DNA from: Atractiella rhizophila
Taxonomy: Eukaryota
Direction: 5' to 3'
Length of the DNA: 45,243 bases
Assembly (NCBI GenBank): GCA_021432655.1
Contig: MU271553.1
Coordinates: forward strand, 1 to 45,243
A program made the translations under genes and the position numbers. The first letter of the stretch is position 1. Each line of letters starts with the position of its first letter. Shown piece by piece: positions 10,921 through 23,716 of the stretch. Under the pieces are notes generated by a model that saw only the letters and a program-made list of their open reading frames with translations, was not told the DNA's origin and did not search any database.

Positions 10921-13859
10921 CCTGAGTAACACGAATTCGAAAGGACCAAAACAGGCATGGAGATGAAGTCGCGCTCGCCTCTTTTATCTCAGGCGCCTGC
11001 TCAGGTGCTCACCCCACCTCCTCTGACAACGTACATAGCACGCTCCAGGACGGGAGGTTGCCACACTCCTTCCCTTCATTTCTCTCCAAATCGATTTCAT
11101 GATATCATGGTCGGGTCGACTATCAAGATTTGCACGCTCCTTAGCACGCTTTCCACCAATTTTCCAGGAACGGATAAGTCCAGTAAGAACAGCGGATGGT
11201 GGGCCGCGCAGTTGCCTATCAATAGCCCTGCAAGTGCTATATTCCGGTAGCGAACACCATGGATTGCGGTCGTTGAAAAGGTGCGTGTAAGCAAAGTGTT
11301 GTTTTAGAGGCGAGCCTCAAACACCTCAAAGATATTGAGAAACAGCTCTCCCATCTTTACAATATGGTAGCTCTATGTCCTCACAAGCATCTTCCTGTCA
11401 AAATAATATTTCTAGCCTTTCAGGTCGTAGGTTCAGAAATATGAGAGCTGGCCATGCACGCCATGTTCCATCTCCTTTCAGTAAACTTGCTGATTGAGCT
11501 GGTAGCTCAGCACAATGCGAAGACCCAGAAATCTGGTGCACGTTTCTTCTAGCTAGTAGCTCATACAGGACGAGCCGGCGAAAGCCTCTCTTTGTACGCG
11601 TTGCAGAGCTGAAACTGGCTCAATCCAACAAAGTCAGATGGCTCACCAATCAGGTCGACACCACCTCCTTTGTCACAACTTCGTACCTCTTTGGAGATGA
11701 TAGGCAAGAATCCGACCCTCTGAGCAAGTGGGTATGGCTACCGTATTAGCGGGGAACACATCCTTTAATCCATATAGACAAGTGCAACGAGGTTTCTACG
11801 TTCTTGGGACGGATAAGTTGATGCTGTATCGATGGTGGTGCTGACTGTATGCAGAGAAACTTGAATATTGACGGTGGGAGGCACCCTCTCACCATTCAGC
11901 CTACTTCGTCATCGCCTCCGGCTCCTTTCTCCTCCTCAGTACTCTTTCACCGCAGTTATCCCCCACCGCACTCTTTTGCTGATGGACCCTTCCTAGACTA
12001 CGGGTGAGGAGGTGGTACCAACCGAAATACTTGGACAGCTGGTGACAGAGAAGGCTCGCCAGGTGGGGAGGCGCAGGAAGGGGAGACGGTAGTGTGTGTG
12101 CACAAGCAATGAATGGACAAGTACAATCAGCGCGAAGGAGGGAGGGAATAAGTTGGCAACAGAATGGTGCATAATGGAAGGCGACGTGTGAAAGAGATGG
12201 GGGCAGAGAGGTATGAGAGAAGAGGTGACCGTCTCGTTCCCTCTCCCTCTTTTGCATTTGCCTTTACTGACATTAGGTATTAGGTTCCTCCCTGTCACCC
12301 TGGTAGCCATCCCCCCTCTCCCCCTGCAACCCCGTCCCGCCTCAGCATTGCTCCACCCTCTCAGCGTCCTGACTTACCTTCACTGCCGGGCTAAGAAGCG
12401 AGAGGGCAGTTAGGGGGAAGCAGGAAGCGCCGCCCCGCTGCACCAGTCTCAATACCTCCATCCGACCTATCCGTCTTTCCCCTAACCCTTGCCACACCTC
12501 TCACCTCTCTCGCTCCATCATCGCTCTCCCCCTACACCCCCGCCGACATCCATCATTCTTCGCTCCTCCACCAACCTTTCTGTCCTCCAAAATGTACGCC
12601 AGGCCGAGTTGGGGGTCAGATCGCGAAAGTAGAGGACGGAGTGAGACAGCGGGTCGGGGATTGATCCTGGACATCGGAGGGGCGTGACAAGATTTATCTC
12701 ACCCACCATTGCCCTCTCGTTTCACCGCGCTCTCTAACATCCCCAAGCCCGCTTCAGCCGTCCCCCTCGACTCTAGCACCCTGCTTCACCGTAGCATTGC
12801 AAGTCAACCGCGAAGCGTAGTAGGGACGCGTGTGATGCCGAAGGAGGTGGACTGTGGCTCAGATGGGGTAAGAAAGGAGGTCAGGCAGAAGTCCCTGCCA
12901 TCCCATTCGCCGATCCCAATCGTGCCAGTGTGTTTCGTCGCCTCGCCCATTCGCTTACTCTGCACCATTGCCAATTCCCCCTCCACCAATCCCTTCCACC
13001 TTTTCTCGCAAAATGGGCATCTAAAATCAACCCAAGCATAAGAGGCACTTCAAATGGTGAAAATGGTGGACAGAGGGAGGAATTCGGTCGGTGATCGCAA
13101 AAGGCGTGAGAAGGACCGTCCCGACGTCTCTTCTACTCCTATTCGACCTCTGCCATCTTTCTTTGCTGCACTTAGCCTCTGCGCCAAGGTTCGCCTTTCA
13201 TTTCGCATTTCGCATTCCGCCAACCCCTCTGCCTTTTTCGCACGCTAGCCTGGTTAGGACTTTTCTTTCGGCTGGCAGGATATTCCCTTTCTCCCTCTCT
13301 TTCCTTCCCACAATTGTCCTGACTGGCATGCAGACTAGATCCTTCACTGCCCCCTTTTCTGATAGTCTCACTCCACGTCCTCTTGCACTCCACCCCCTCA
13401 CGCAGGTTGGATGTCGGGTAGCAGGGAGGGTATGTGACAAGAGGATGTCGGAGGGATGCGTCGCACTTTCTTCGCACTCTGATCGCATTCCTTCGCATCT
13501 CTCACCTGCTATGCCTCTCCCGTGTTCCATGCCGCCGTGCTATTCTCTCTCCCACCTCATCCTGCATCTTCCGCCCCACTCCGGCTCGCACTCCTTGGAT
13601 TACCTTCCACTGGCGCTTGCTTCGTGACATCAAGGTCAACCATGAAATACCTGATGAAGAAAGAGGAGGGTATTGAGGACAGTGTTGGATCAGGAGCCAC
13701 AAGAGGATGTCTAGGTCGGCCCCTCTGTCATGCTCCTAAGCCTCTGCCCTCCGTCCCTCTTGCCCTCCGCTACTGACTCGAACATCGCCTATATTCTCGC
13801 TGAGATGCAAGTGACTTCCGCTCCATCTGCCATCCTGTTGCTAACTGCCCTATCTCTCC

Positions 13860-14203
13860 CAGCCCTATCTAGCCTTCCCTTTCGCATTCGGATCATTAGG
13901 TAACGAAGCATCATTATCAGAGCGTACTGCTGTAGTTATCGTTGGAATTGCAGTGTAATTTAGGTACTAGTATTGTAAAGGATATCAGTTCTGTTACATA
14001 TTTTAGGATTTCCTGTGGCACTATGTGGTAGTCAAGTGCTAGAGAACTAAAGCCTTCATTGTCCGGACGCAGACTTATTCCACCCAACATCATCCTAATC
14101 TGTCCTAATTGCAAACGGTCGCCTAATCCGACTCCCACGATCGGTTTTGCAATCTCCATCCCTCACGATCGTGATGTCTGATCATTGCGCGGAGAACGTC
14201 GAG
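13860..14203 (+). promoter_or_regulatory. Conserved ~340-bp upstream block of the F-box/LRR genes (putative promoter/5' UTR); also ~20648-20974, ~28530-28848 and reversed ~36467-36790
   Basis: Shared sequence such as gaagcatca...gcagtgtaatttaggtactagtattg...aaagccttca..gtccggacgc...gatcattgcgcggagaacgtcgagATG lies directly 5' of all four genes, including unit B where further-upstream sequence is deleted. Regulatory function is inferred from position only. Confidence 0.45.
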
Positions 14204-16001
14204 ATGGTTCAAGTTGCACAAGCGCTACAGGCATGATCTGACCTTTCCCCCTGACTTGTCTCGTTTAACATGAATTCGTGGGCTTTAGTCCTGTGTATCT
14301 TCTCCAGGGATGATAGAGAAGGAAACATTGATTTCACAGAAGGATGATCAGGGATCAGAGTCAATCGCACTGGTCCATTTCATTACGCCAGTAACATTAC
14401 TCCATGGCGCTCCAATCCATCTCTCTATTCTTACCTCTTTCATTTCTCGCCTGCATCCATCAATTCGCATGCTCCGGATCACATTTATCTTGCCTATTGA
14501 CTTCTGGAGCGAGGATTATGAGCCGTCGAAATTATCCTACTTCTCTCTGGTAGGTCTCGAAAATGAAGTCGAACCCGACGGTGCAGTGATTCTTTGCATT
14601 GCGATGGAGGAGGAAAGTATTACGGTAGCTTTTGGGGATACCAAACATCGTGCATCCGTGGAATTGGAGCGCCTGTCTCGGAAGCCCTTCACATGCACTT
14701 TTCATCTTCCAGATAATCGCTCTCAGGTCCTCTTTCAACCCGTTGCCCTATACTCCAAGGAGCAACGGCATTTCATTCCTCTCAGCGAATGGGAGGAATC
14801 AACCATCCCATCCACCGGTCTGGGGACAACCATCCAGCTCTCCCTCTCCACAACTCGATCTACAGGTATTAGTTTATGCAGTATCACACACCTTCCTCCT
14901 GAGATCCTCTCACTCATCTTCGAGTTTCTTTCATTCGATGAATCTGAATATCTCGTTTCCTTCGAGCGACTTTCTGCCGTCTGTCAGCGTTGGAAGGCTG
15001 TTTCAGTCCCACATTTGAACAAATATGTTTCTGTGAAGGAGTTGCATGTTCTTTTGACAGCTTATCCTAATGCCGGGCATTTGCGGACATCCCTCTTATT
15101 TGAGAGAGATGACATCAGCGTTGAGATAGCGAAAGACGTCATCGCGGGCGCACCGAACGTTACGGACGTGTGGATGGATGCATTGTGGAATGAAGAGGAG
15201 GCGAAGATTGTGTTGCATGCGATTGAAGGCTTGAGGAAGTTGGATTATGTAACCTTTGGAAGGGGAGGTTCCAGAAAGTGGAAGAAGGATGAGGTCGAGA
15301 ATTTTACACGAAGAATGGGTGGCAGGATCAGAGAGTTCCATGCTAAAGACGTGGAGGACTCTGCCTCGTCGACATCACCAGGGCTTCAATTATCGACTGA
15401 CCTCAAACAACTAGAGCTTCGCACATACCCGCCTCTCCCATTGCTCTCTCTCCCACTCACCCTCACATGGCTAAATCTCTCCAATCTGTGTCCCCTCCCT
15501 CCCTCCGTCTCAGGCACCTGTCTGCCGCCTCTCCTTGAATATCTCGAGATCACCCTCGCCCCCTACTCGCCTGATGGAAAGACCTCCACCCTCCCTACTC
15601 CGCTCGACTTTTCGCACCTCAAGCATCTCACATGGCTCGAACTCGACGGCGGTGAGGAAACTTCCAACCTCGTTTCCTCCCAGTTCTTCCACACCCTCAG
15701 AAATGCAAAAGCAATAGCAACCATAGATGTTAGATACTGTGTGGTGGACTGGGCATTCACAGGGTTCGTATTCTCAGACTTCATCTGCTGGTTCTTTGGG
15801 GACAGGGGGGTGAAGGAGGAGGGGGATACGGTGGATGGTGCTGAAAAGATGAAGAGGAAGAGAGGACGCAAGTTGAGGGTTCAGCTATTCTTTGGGGGGT
15901 GGCTTGAGGAAGCGATTCGTACAGCTAGAAGCACGTTGAGAGATTTTGGCGTGAGCGAGGAGGATAAATACAGATGGGTTCGGGACGGTGGGGAGGAGTG
16001 A
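14204..16001 (+). CDS. F-box + LRR-like (RNI-like) protein, copy A
   Basis: Uninterrupted 563-aa ORF 14310-16001. F-box-like SITHLPPEILSLIFEFL...LSAVCQRWKAV, followed by repeated xxLxLxx strands (LKQLELR, LTWLNLSN, LEYLEIT, LTWLELDG). Probable short first exon 14204-14230 (MVQVAQALQ). Confidence 0.85.
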
Positions 16002-16149
16002 TGCTGGAGACACTGTTCTAGAGAAGATGCGATAAGAAGGTGCACAATTCGTATCCCTCTCTATCTAACACAGCATTGAAAATTTTTGACTAGGAACAGG
16101 GCTAGAATTCATTTAGGACAATGCCATCCGACCACCCCTCCACCTGCTA

Positions 16150-16430
16150 TTCAACATACAGCTTCTCACCAAAGTCACCTCCCTCGTACTTGACACCTTG
16201 TGCTCAATGGTTATCAGCAATCTTCGAACCCCATCCTCACCAAGTCTTTCCATGCCCACTATTACAAACAATACAGTAAAGGTCATAGCTATTGCATACT
16301 GCGTGCGGTGAGTCGGTTTCCTAGTGTTTATTTGCTGGTTCTTGGGGAGTCAGGAAATGAGGGATACGGGCAATGATGACGATGGATGGGAAGGAGTAGA
16401 ACTGGTGTTGAAGACTATTTCGGAAGCTTC
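16150..16430 (+). pseudogene. Degenerate relic of an F-box/LRR-family C-terminus directly downstream of copy A (also ~23870-24150, ~30790-31050, reversed ~34190-34470)
   Basis: Translates as LTKVTSLVLD...SNL...IAIAYCVR*VGFLVFICWFLGSQE...DG. This matches the intact gene's LKHLTWLELD...SNL...IDVRYCVV...FICWFFGDRG. Confidence 0.6.
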
Positions 16431-16799
16431 AGGGCATGACAAGATCGGGTTTGTGAGGAGGACGCTCTCTGTGTGTATTACGGATGTCTTCTGCCATGCA
16501 AATGATTCTGCTGATTCCCAGCAAAAGCGCCTAAGGCATCAAGTTCCGTCCAAATGTGCTACACTGTAGTGAAGCCGATCACCCTTTGAGGGTCACTCGA
16601 GTCGTTCTTACAGTTGGTGACGACTCATGCATTCAACGATGTACTACTTAACAGAACAGAAAGTGGTGCCATCGAACATCGAAGATGTGGTATAACAATG
16701 GTAACATTTCTTGAACCCTTTGTGGTATTATAAATCCATCTTTTTGCTCCTTCATTTCCGTAATAGTCCCAAGAGTTGCATTCACGTATCTGCCAGGCT

Positions 16800-17400
16800 C
16801 AATTGCTGTTGTATCCGTCGATGATGGTCTTTATCGCGTCCTCACCATCCCTTCCCGTCCTAGAGCGAAGCATCACGGCCAGGTTTCAACTTTGTGACAT
16901 CAAGGCGAAGAGGAGAGGGGAGGCGAGCCTGTATTGTATTAAAGGTGCGAATTGCATCTCTGAACTTGAAGCGATGCGTGATGAGCGACTCAGCAGTCTA
17001 CAAGGCGCCTAGCGAACAAATCAATTGCTTGCCCGTCCGTATCATTGAGTAAATCTAAGAAGCGTCAGAATAACATTATAGTGCAAGCGGTAGGAGGGAG
17101 GATGGACCGGAAGGAACCTTTGAGGTTCACCTCCTGCGTGAGGATGGCAGTGATGGGCAGCTGGACAAACTAGTTGCTCATTCCGACTTAGACGTAGGCT
17201 CCAGCGTCCTTGATGAGGTAGACAATCTGAATGCATGCCTGTTCCCTGTTACACTCTTGCATCGAGCGTCCATAACTTCCAATCTGCAACTTGAATTTTT
17301 TCTTCATGATCCCCACTTGACTACGCTATCCTCTACGCTCCGCCCTTCGCTAAATCACAAACGCAAACACACCTGCCAAAAAGAAACATAAACGTGAGAC
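16800..17400 (-). pseudogene. Sorbitol/xylitol dehydrogenase-like (Zn-MDR) pseudogene, C-terminal part, unit A
   Basis: Minus strand reads ACIQIVYLIKDAGAYV*VGMSN*FVQLPITAILTQEVNLKGSFR ... AIDLFAR...LITHRFKFRDAIRTF ... GRDGEDAIKTIIDG, with in-frame stops. Confidence 0.75.
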
Positions 17401-17479
17401 AACACATTCCTTATCTGGGCGAAAGAACAGAGAGCTTACTCTCAACGCCCCACCGTTGGACTGAGCAATTAAGAAATCG

Positions 17480-17990
17480 AGGGGAAGATGTCTGTAGCTG
17501 TACCTGTGGATTTGGGCTCTGATAAGGGCGATGGAGGGATAGAAAGCGTCTGTGGACAAGGAATAAGGTAGGCGTTTCTTCACTGCTGTATTCGTTCTCT
17601 CCTGTGCGGGTGATACTGACGCATTGAAGAGGGAGAACCAGATGGACCAGTTGAGATCACTGGAGCGGTGAGATCTGGGCTAGCTGTCGCAGATGCAGGC
17701 ACAGGAGATGGTGCTGATCAACGCATTGGCTAGGGAGAGTCGACGTTCACTGGTGTTGGACCTGGAGGAACTACAGAAAGGATTGGAAGCGGAGGAGGAG
17801 AAACGGTGCCAGACGATGTTGCTGTTGTTGCAAGAATTGAAGGAGCGGAAGTATGCTTCTTACTGGTTCTGGGGAGAGGTGAGATCGCACCACCTGTCGT
17901 CTTTCAGCAGGGGCTAGGAGAGATTGGAAGTTGCTCACCGTGATCTGATATTCAAAGGTCTCGGTGGGCTGACCCATCGATTTACCAACA
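17480..17990 (+). pseudogene. Unidentified spliced gene fragment with a coiled-coil-like exon
   Basis: Intron-like gtaggc...ctgacgcattgaag, then exon ...DLEELQKGLEAEEEKRCQTMLLLLQELKERKYASYWFWGE followed by a gtgag donor. An in-frame stop lies upstream. Confidence 0.3.
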
Positions 17991-20974
17991 CCGTGGCAGT
18001 GATGGGGAACTCTTCAGGACCTTCCCGGTGTTCCTCCCTCGCCCTTATTGAGTTCTTGAGGAGCTCAAATATCATGTATCCCTGTCTCCATCAGTGTTCA
18101 CCAGAGACAAACGAAACAGAAACGCACTCAAAATGCCCATCCACGTAAGGAGACTCTTGCTCCTCATCACTGATAGTATCAACAATGATAATCCCACGCC
18201 TGCCTTCTCCGCTCCCTCTTCCTGCAGCTCCAATATATTGGCACATATTCACACCGTGTCATTCAACGTCATATTCGCAATCCAATGTACTTATCCCCCT
18301 TCCCATCGTTGAACTGCCGTGAAAGCGAGATGCGTCAAGAGACAGTCACGATATCCGCGAACGCTCCATACGGATGAGGAAGGTGTCGAATGTGGAATCA
18401 AGAAGAGCAGTCTTAGGAGCATCTGTCGCACCAATATCTTTCAATGGTGGTTTTGCTAGGCATTTGGAGGGAAAGGTTGACATTGCTCATTGATAACTGG
18501 AAATGATGATTTGATGCTTTCATATCAACATGATCATGAACTCGCTGGAAATCTTCACACCCTCTAACGTTGTAACAAGGGGGCAGTGAGGGTTAACTCT
18601 CCTGCTCAGGAGTCTCCTTCAGCCACCGTTCCATGCATGTGAAAAGAGGACACAGACAGCTGGAAGGCATCACAGTATAGACTGTACACGAAGTACAGAG
18701 AGCGACGTGTTGCCACGATAAATGGGAGTTACTCTCCCAACCGATTGGAGATATGGAAGGTATGTTTGCAGCTGGAGAGCATCGACAGCTCTGCAAGTCT
18801 GTGCATAAAACCTCCGGCAGCAATTCTACTTTGAGAGGCTCTCAGCAGCATTCTCGACATATCACAGTATAACCAACGCTTCGCAATGAAGAAGAACGCA
18901 CAAGTTAACGCCGTTGATCAACTTCCTCTCAATCTCATTCCTACCAACTCCATCTCTTAGTCTAGTCTGCCTAAGAACATCAACCGCTACAGGGGAAGGG
19001 GGAACATGGTGGGGAGGGCGGCGCAAATCGCGACAGCCTTTGTTCGGGTAGATCGTTGCATGAAAGCATGAAAGTGAAAGTGTCACGAAGTTGAATGATG
19101 TTCTACGATCACCAGGATGTGGATACGCTGCGAGCAGCTCCTTTTCTGTCATCTCCTTCGACCTCCGCGGCAGCCTCCAGTACACCGACTTCTTCACACC
19201 TCCTATCCTTCATCGCCGTCTTTCTTATCTCCGCCGTTGTTCCCGCCCTTCACGCTTTAGTTCGCTGCTTTCTCGCAGGCTTCACCTCTCTCGATCTCGC
19301 TTCCTCTCATCTGTCGCCCGGTCTCCTTTCCTCTGACTGGTTCTAGTCTCCCTCTTCTGTTTCAGCCTCCTTCGCCATCCTCCAGCTCTGCTCACCCCCA
19401 CATTCCCCCTTCATCTCAACTATCCTCCACCGTCCTCTTTGGCTGAATACCATTCCACACGCGAAGGTCGATGTGGTCAGTACCGCTGGTGCGAGCAAGC
19501 AATGAATGGACGAGTGCAATCAGGGCGAAGAAGGGAGGGAGGTGAGATGCATCGTAAACAGATGGTACGTAAGGGTAGGTGAAGCATGACAGAGATGGAA
19601 AGGGGAGAGCAAAGTAGGAGACCACGACAGACAACACTGCCTGCAAAGGAAGGTGCCAGCACTGCTATCTGCTGCTCAGTGAAAGTAAGCCTGAGGATGC
19701 CATAGCATGACAAACGAGGCACGCGATGCGCAGTGGAGGGCAAGAACGAGCAGGAAGGCGAAAGAGAGGCCAGGTATGGATCCTACTATGGTCAACGGAG
19801 GGCTAAAACGTTTATAGCAAAGAGAGGTGCGAGAGAAGAGGTGACCTGCCCTCCCCCTCTCCTCTTTTGCATTTGTGCTTAATGACATGGGGATCAGGTT
19901 CCTCGCCCCAGCAAGGACGCTCCTCACCCCACCGCCTCTTGCAGCCTCGTCCCGCCTCAGCACTACTCGACACTCCCAGCGTCCCTCGTTACGTTTGCTG
20001 CCGGGGCCACCAAGCGAGAGAGCAGCGCGAGGGAAGCGTTGGAGGCAAAAGGAGACACGCGGTCGCTCCGTCCTGCATCAACTCAATACCCCCTTGAACC
20101 ATCCCATTTTCCGCTTTGCCGTAACCCTCGCCCTGCCGCTCTCCCTCCAGGATCCCTCTCCATTAACCCTCATGTTCCTCTAGTCAACCATCGTCCCCCA
20201 CTCCTTCAACAACCATTGTGGCGAGTGCGAGTTGGACGCGGGTCGCGAAAGCAGACGAAGAAGGTGACACTTTGGGTTGTGGATTGAGAATGAACATTGA
20301 AGAGGCATGTTACGCTTTCTCTCACTCATGGTGCCCTTCCGTTCCAGCTCGCTCTCCAACACCATTCCTCAAGCCGTTTCCGCCGTTCTTCGCCTCGAAC
20401 CAACTTGCTTTGCCCTAGACATCAGAAATCAGCAGCGAAGCGTAGGGGCATGTGAGGGAGAAAGAAGACTGCGATGCCGTCAATCCCAACTCACCCTGCC
20501 ACATTTCGCCATCACGGCTTGTTCTCCACCATTGCCTAGGCAAGCCCCCCCGCCCCCTCTGCCGCCTTTACCTTCTCTCGCATACTGGTCATTTACAGTC
20601 AACCCAGAACACGGGCGACACATAGGCAGAAGGGAATAGAGGGAGTGTCTAGCCTTCCTTCTCGGAATCAGATCATTACGGGACGAAGCATCAATACCAA
20701 AGTGTTCTGCTCTGGCTCTCGTTTGAATTGCAGCGTAATTTAGGTACTAATGTTGCAAAGGATTTCAGTTCTTTTGCATATTTTAGGATTCCTTATGACA
20801 CTTATCTGGTAGTTAAGTGCGAGAGAACCAAAGCCTTCAACGTCCGGACGCCGACTTCCACCCAACACCATTCTAAGTCGCCTAATCCATCGACTCCCAC
20901 GATCGGTTATGCGATCTCCATCTTCACGAGTGATGATATCTGATCGGCCTGATCATTGCGCGGAGAACGTCGAG

Positions 20975-23716
20975 ATGGTTCAAGTTGGACAATGTGCTGA
21001 TGCGCTGCAGGCATGATTTGATCTGTCCCCCTCTTATCTCGTTTAATGCGCGTTCGTGGTCCAGCATGTTATCTCCCAGAGTGAAAAAAAGAAAACGTTG
21101 ATTTTATGCAAGGATGGTCAGAGGACAGAGTCAATCGCACTGGCGCATCTTATCACCCCAGCAACGTTACGACATGGCACTCCAATCCACCTCTCTATTC
21201 TTCCCTCTTTCATTTCTCGCCTACCTCCATCAATTGACATGCTCCGGATCACATTTGTCTTGCCTCTTGAATTCTGGAGTGAGTATTATGGGCCGTCGAA
21301 ATCATCCTACTTCTCTCTGGCAGGTCTCGAAAATGGAGTCGAACCCGACGGTGCAGTGATTCTTTGCATCGCGTTGGAGGAGGAAAATATTACGGTAACT
21401 TTCAGGGATTCCAAACATCATGCATCCGTGGATTTGGACCACCTGGGCCTGAAGCCCTTCACATGCACGTTTCACCTTCCAGATAATCGCTCTGAGGCCC
21501 TCTTCGAACCCGTTGCCCTATACTCGCAGACGGAACGGTGTTTCGTTCCTCGCTGTGATTGGGCGGAAGCAACCATCCCATTCACTGGTCTAGGGACAAC
21601 GATTCAATTCTCATGTTCTCCAACTCGAACTCCAGCGATAAGCCTATGCACTATCACACACCTTCCTACCGAGATCCTCTCTCTCATCTTCGAGGTCTTA
21701 TCGTTCATTGATTATGAACACCCCATTGAAGGTCTCGATAATGAATATCTTGTTTCCTTCCGGCGACTTTCTGCTGTCTGTCAGCTCTGGAAGGCTGTTT
21801 CAGTCCCATATTTCGATGGTTTGTTTGTTTCTATGAAGAAGAGGCACACTCGTTTGAAAGCTTATCCTAATGCTGGGCGTTTGTGGAGGAGCCTCCAGTT
21901 TGAGAAAGAGGACGATGATGTCAGCGTTGGGATGGTGCAAGACATCATCGCTGCCTCGCCGAATGTGACGACAATGTGGATTGAGGCATTCTGGAGTGAA
22001 GAGGAAGCGAAGATTGTGTTGCATGTGATTGGAGGCTTGAGGAAGTTGGGTTCCGTAGCCTTTGGAGAGCAAGGTTCGAGAAAGTGGAAGAAGGATGAGG
22101 TCGAGAATTTTATGCAGAGGATGGGATCCATTCTCTCCTCTTTCCTTTCTCGCCTACCTCCATCAATTCACATGCTCCGGATCACATTTGTCTTGCCTAT
22201 TCGATTCTGGAGCGAGTATTATGGGCCGTCGAAATCATCCTACTTCGCTCTGGCAGGTCTCGAAAATGAAGTCGACCCCGACGGTACAGGGATTCTTTGC
22301 ATCGCGTTGGGGGAGGAAAGTATTGCGGTGACTTTTGGGGATGCCAAATATCTTGCATCCGTGGATGTGGATGACCTGGACGTGCAGCCCTTCACATGCA
22401 CGTTTCACGTTCCACATAATCGCTCTGAGGCCATCTTCGACCCCGTCGCCCTATACTCAGACTCCGAGGGGCAACAGCGTTTCATTCCTCTCAGCGAATG
22501 GGAGGAATCAACCATCCCATCCACCGGTCTGGGGACGACCATACAACTCACCCTCTCCGCAACTGAACCTACAGGTATTAGTTTATGCAGTATCACACAC
22601 CTTCCTACTGAGATTCTCTCACTCATCTTCGAGTTTCTTTCATTCGATGAATCTCGATATCTTGTTAACTTCGAGCGACTTTCTGCCGTCTGCCAGTTCT
22701 GGAAGGCTGCTTCAGCCCCATATTTGGACAAATATGTTTCTGTGAAGGAGTTGCATGCTCGTTTGACAGCTTATCCTAATGCCGGACATTTGTGGACATA
22801 CCTCGAATTTGAGAGAGAGCTTGACGATGACATCAGCGTTGAGATGGCGAAAGACGTCATCGCAGGCTCGCCGAACGTTGCGCAAGTGGCGATGGATGCA
22901 TTTTGGAATGAAGAGGAGGCGAAGATTGTGTTGCATGCGATTGAAGGCTTGAGGAAGTTGGATCACGTATACTTTAGAGGAGAAGGTCCGAGACAGTGGA
23001 AGAAGGATGAGGTCGAGAATTTTACGCAGAGGATGGGTGACAGGGTCAGATTCTTCCGTGCTGATGACGTCAAGGACTCTGCCTCGTCGACATCACCAGG
23101 CCTTCAATTATCATCTAACCTCAACTCCCTAGAGCTTCGCACATACCCGCCTCTCCAATCGCTCTCCCTCCCACTTTCCCTCACACGGCTAATTCTCTGC
23201 AACCTGTGTCCCCTCCCTCCCTCCGTCTCAGGCTCCTGTCTACCACCTCTTTTGATAGATCTCACGATGACGCTCGCCGCCTACTCGCCTGCTGGAAAGA
23301 CCTCTATCCTACCCACTCCGCTTGACTTATCACACCTCAAATACCTTACCCGGCTCGATCTCGATGGTGGTGAGGAAACTTCAAACCTCATTTCCCCTCA
23401 GTTGTTCCACTCCCTCAGAAATGCCATAGCGATAAATACCATAGATGTTCGGTACTGTGTGCTGGACTGGGCATCCACTGGATTCCTATTCTCAGACTTC
23501 ATCTGCTGGTTCTTTGGGGACAGGGGCATGAAGGAGGAGGTGGATACGGTGGATGGTGCTGAAACAATGCAAATGACGAGAGGACGTGCGTTGCGTGTTA
23601 AGCACTTCTTCGGAGGGTGGGTTGAGGAGGAGATATGCAGGGCCAGGAGCACTTTGAGAGAGTTTGGCGTGAGCGAGGAGAATGTTACGATATGGGTTCG
23701 AGAGGGTGGGGAGTAG
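20975..23716 (+). CDS. Chimeric F-box + LRR-like protein, copy B (partial paralogue B1 fused in frame to near-complete paralogue B2; two F-box motifs)
   Basis: 886-aa ORF 21056-23716. The N-domain/F-box/first LRRs are repeated after ...EVENFMQRMG|SILSSFLSRLPPS, junction ~22126. Probable first exon 20975-21010. Confidence 0.83.

Noticed and set aside
13560..13710. Possible coding remnant (TPxITFxRxLLRDIxV) shared by units A, C and D upstream of the promoter block
   Set aside because: The similarity is explained by the segmental duplication itself. It is short, interrupted and unassignable.
14532..15871. Short overlapping or antisense ORFs inside the F-box genes, recurring in each copy
   Set aside because: Shadow ORFs that recur because of paralogy; their lengths are inconsistent between copies.
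18000..19230. Unique spacer between units A and B as a transposon remnant
   Set aside because: No recognisable protein motif or terminal structure.
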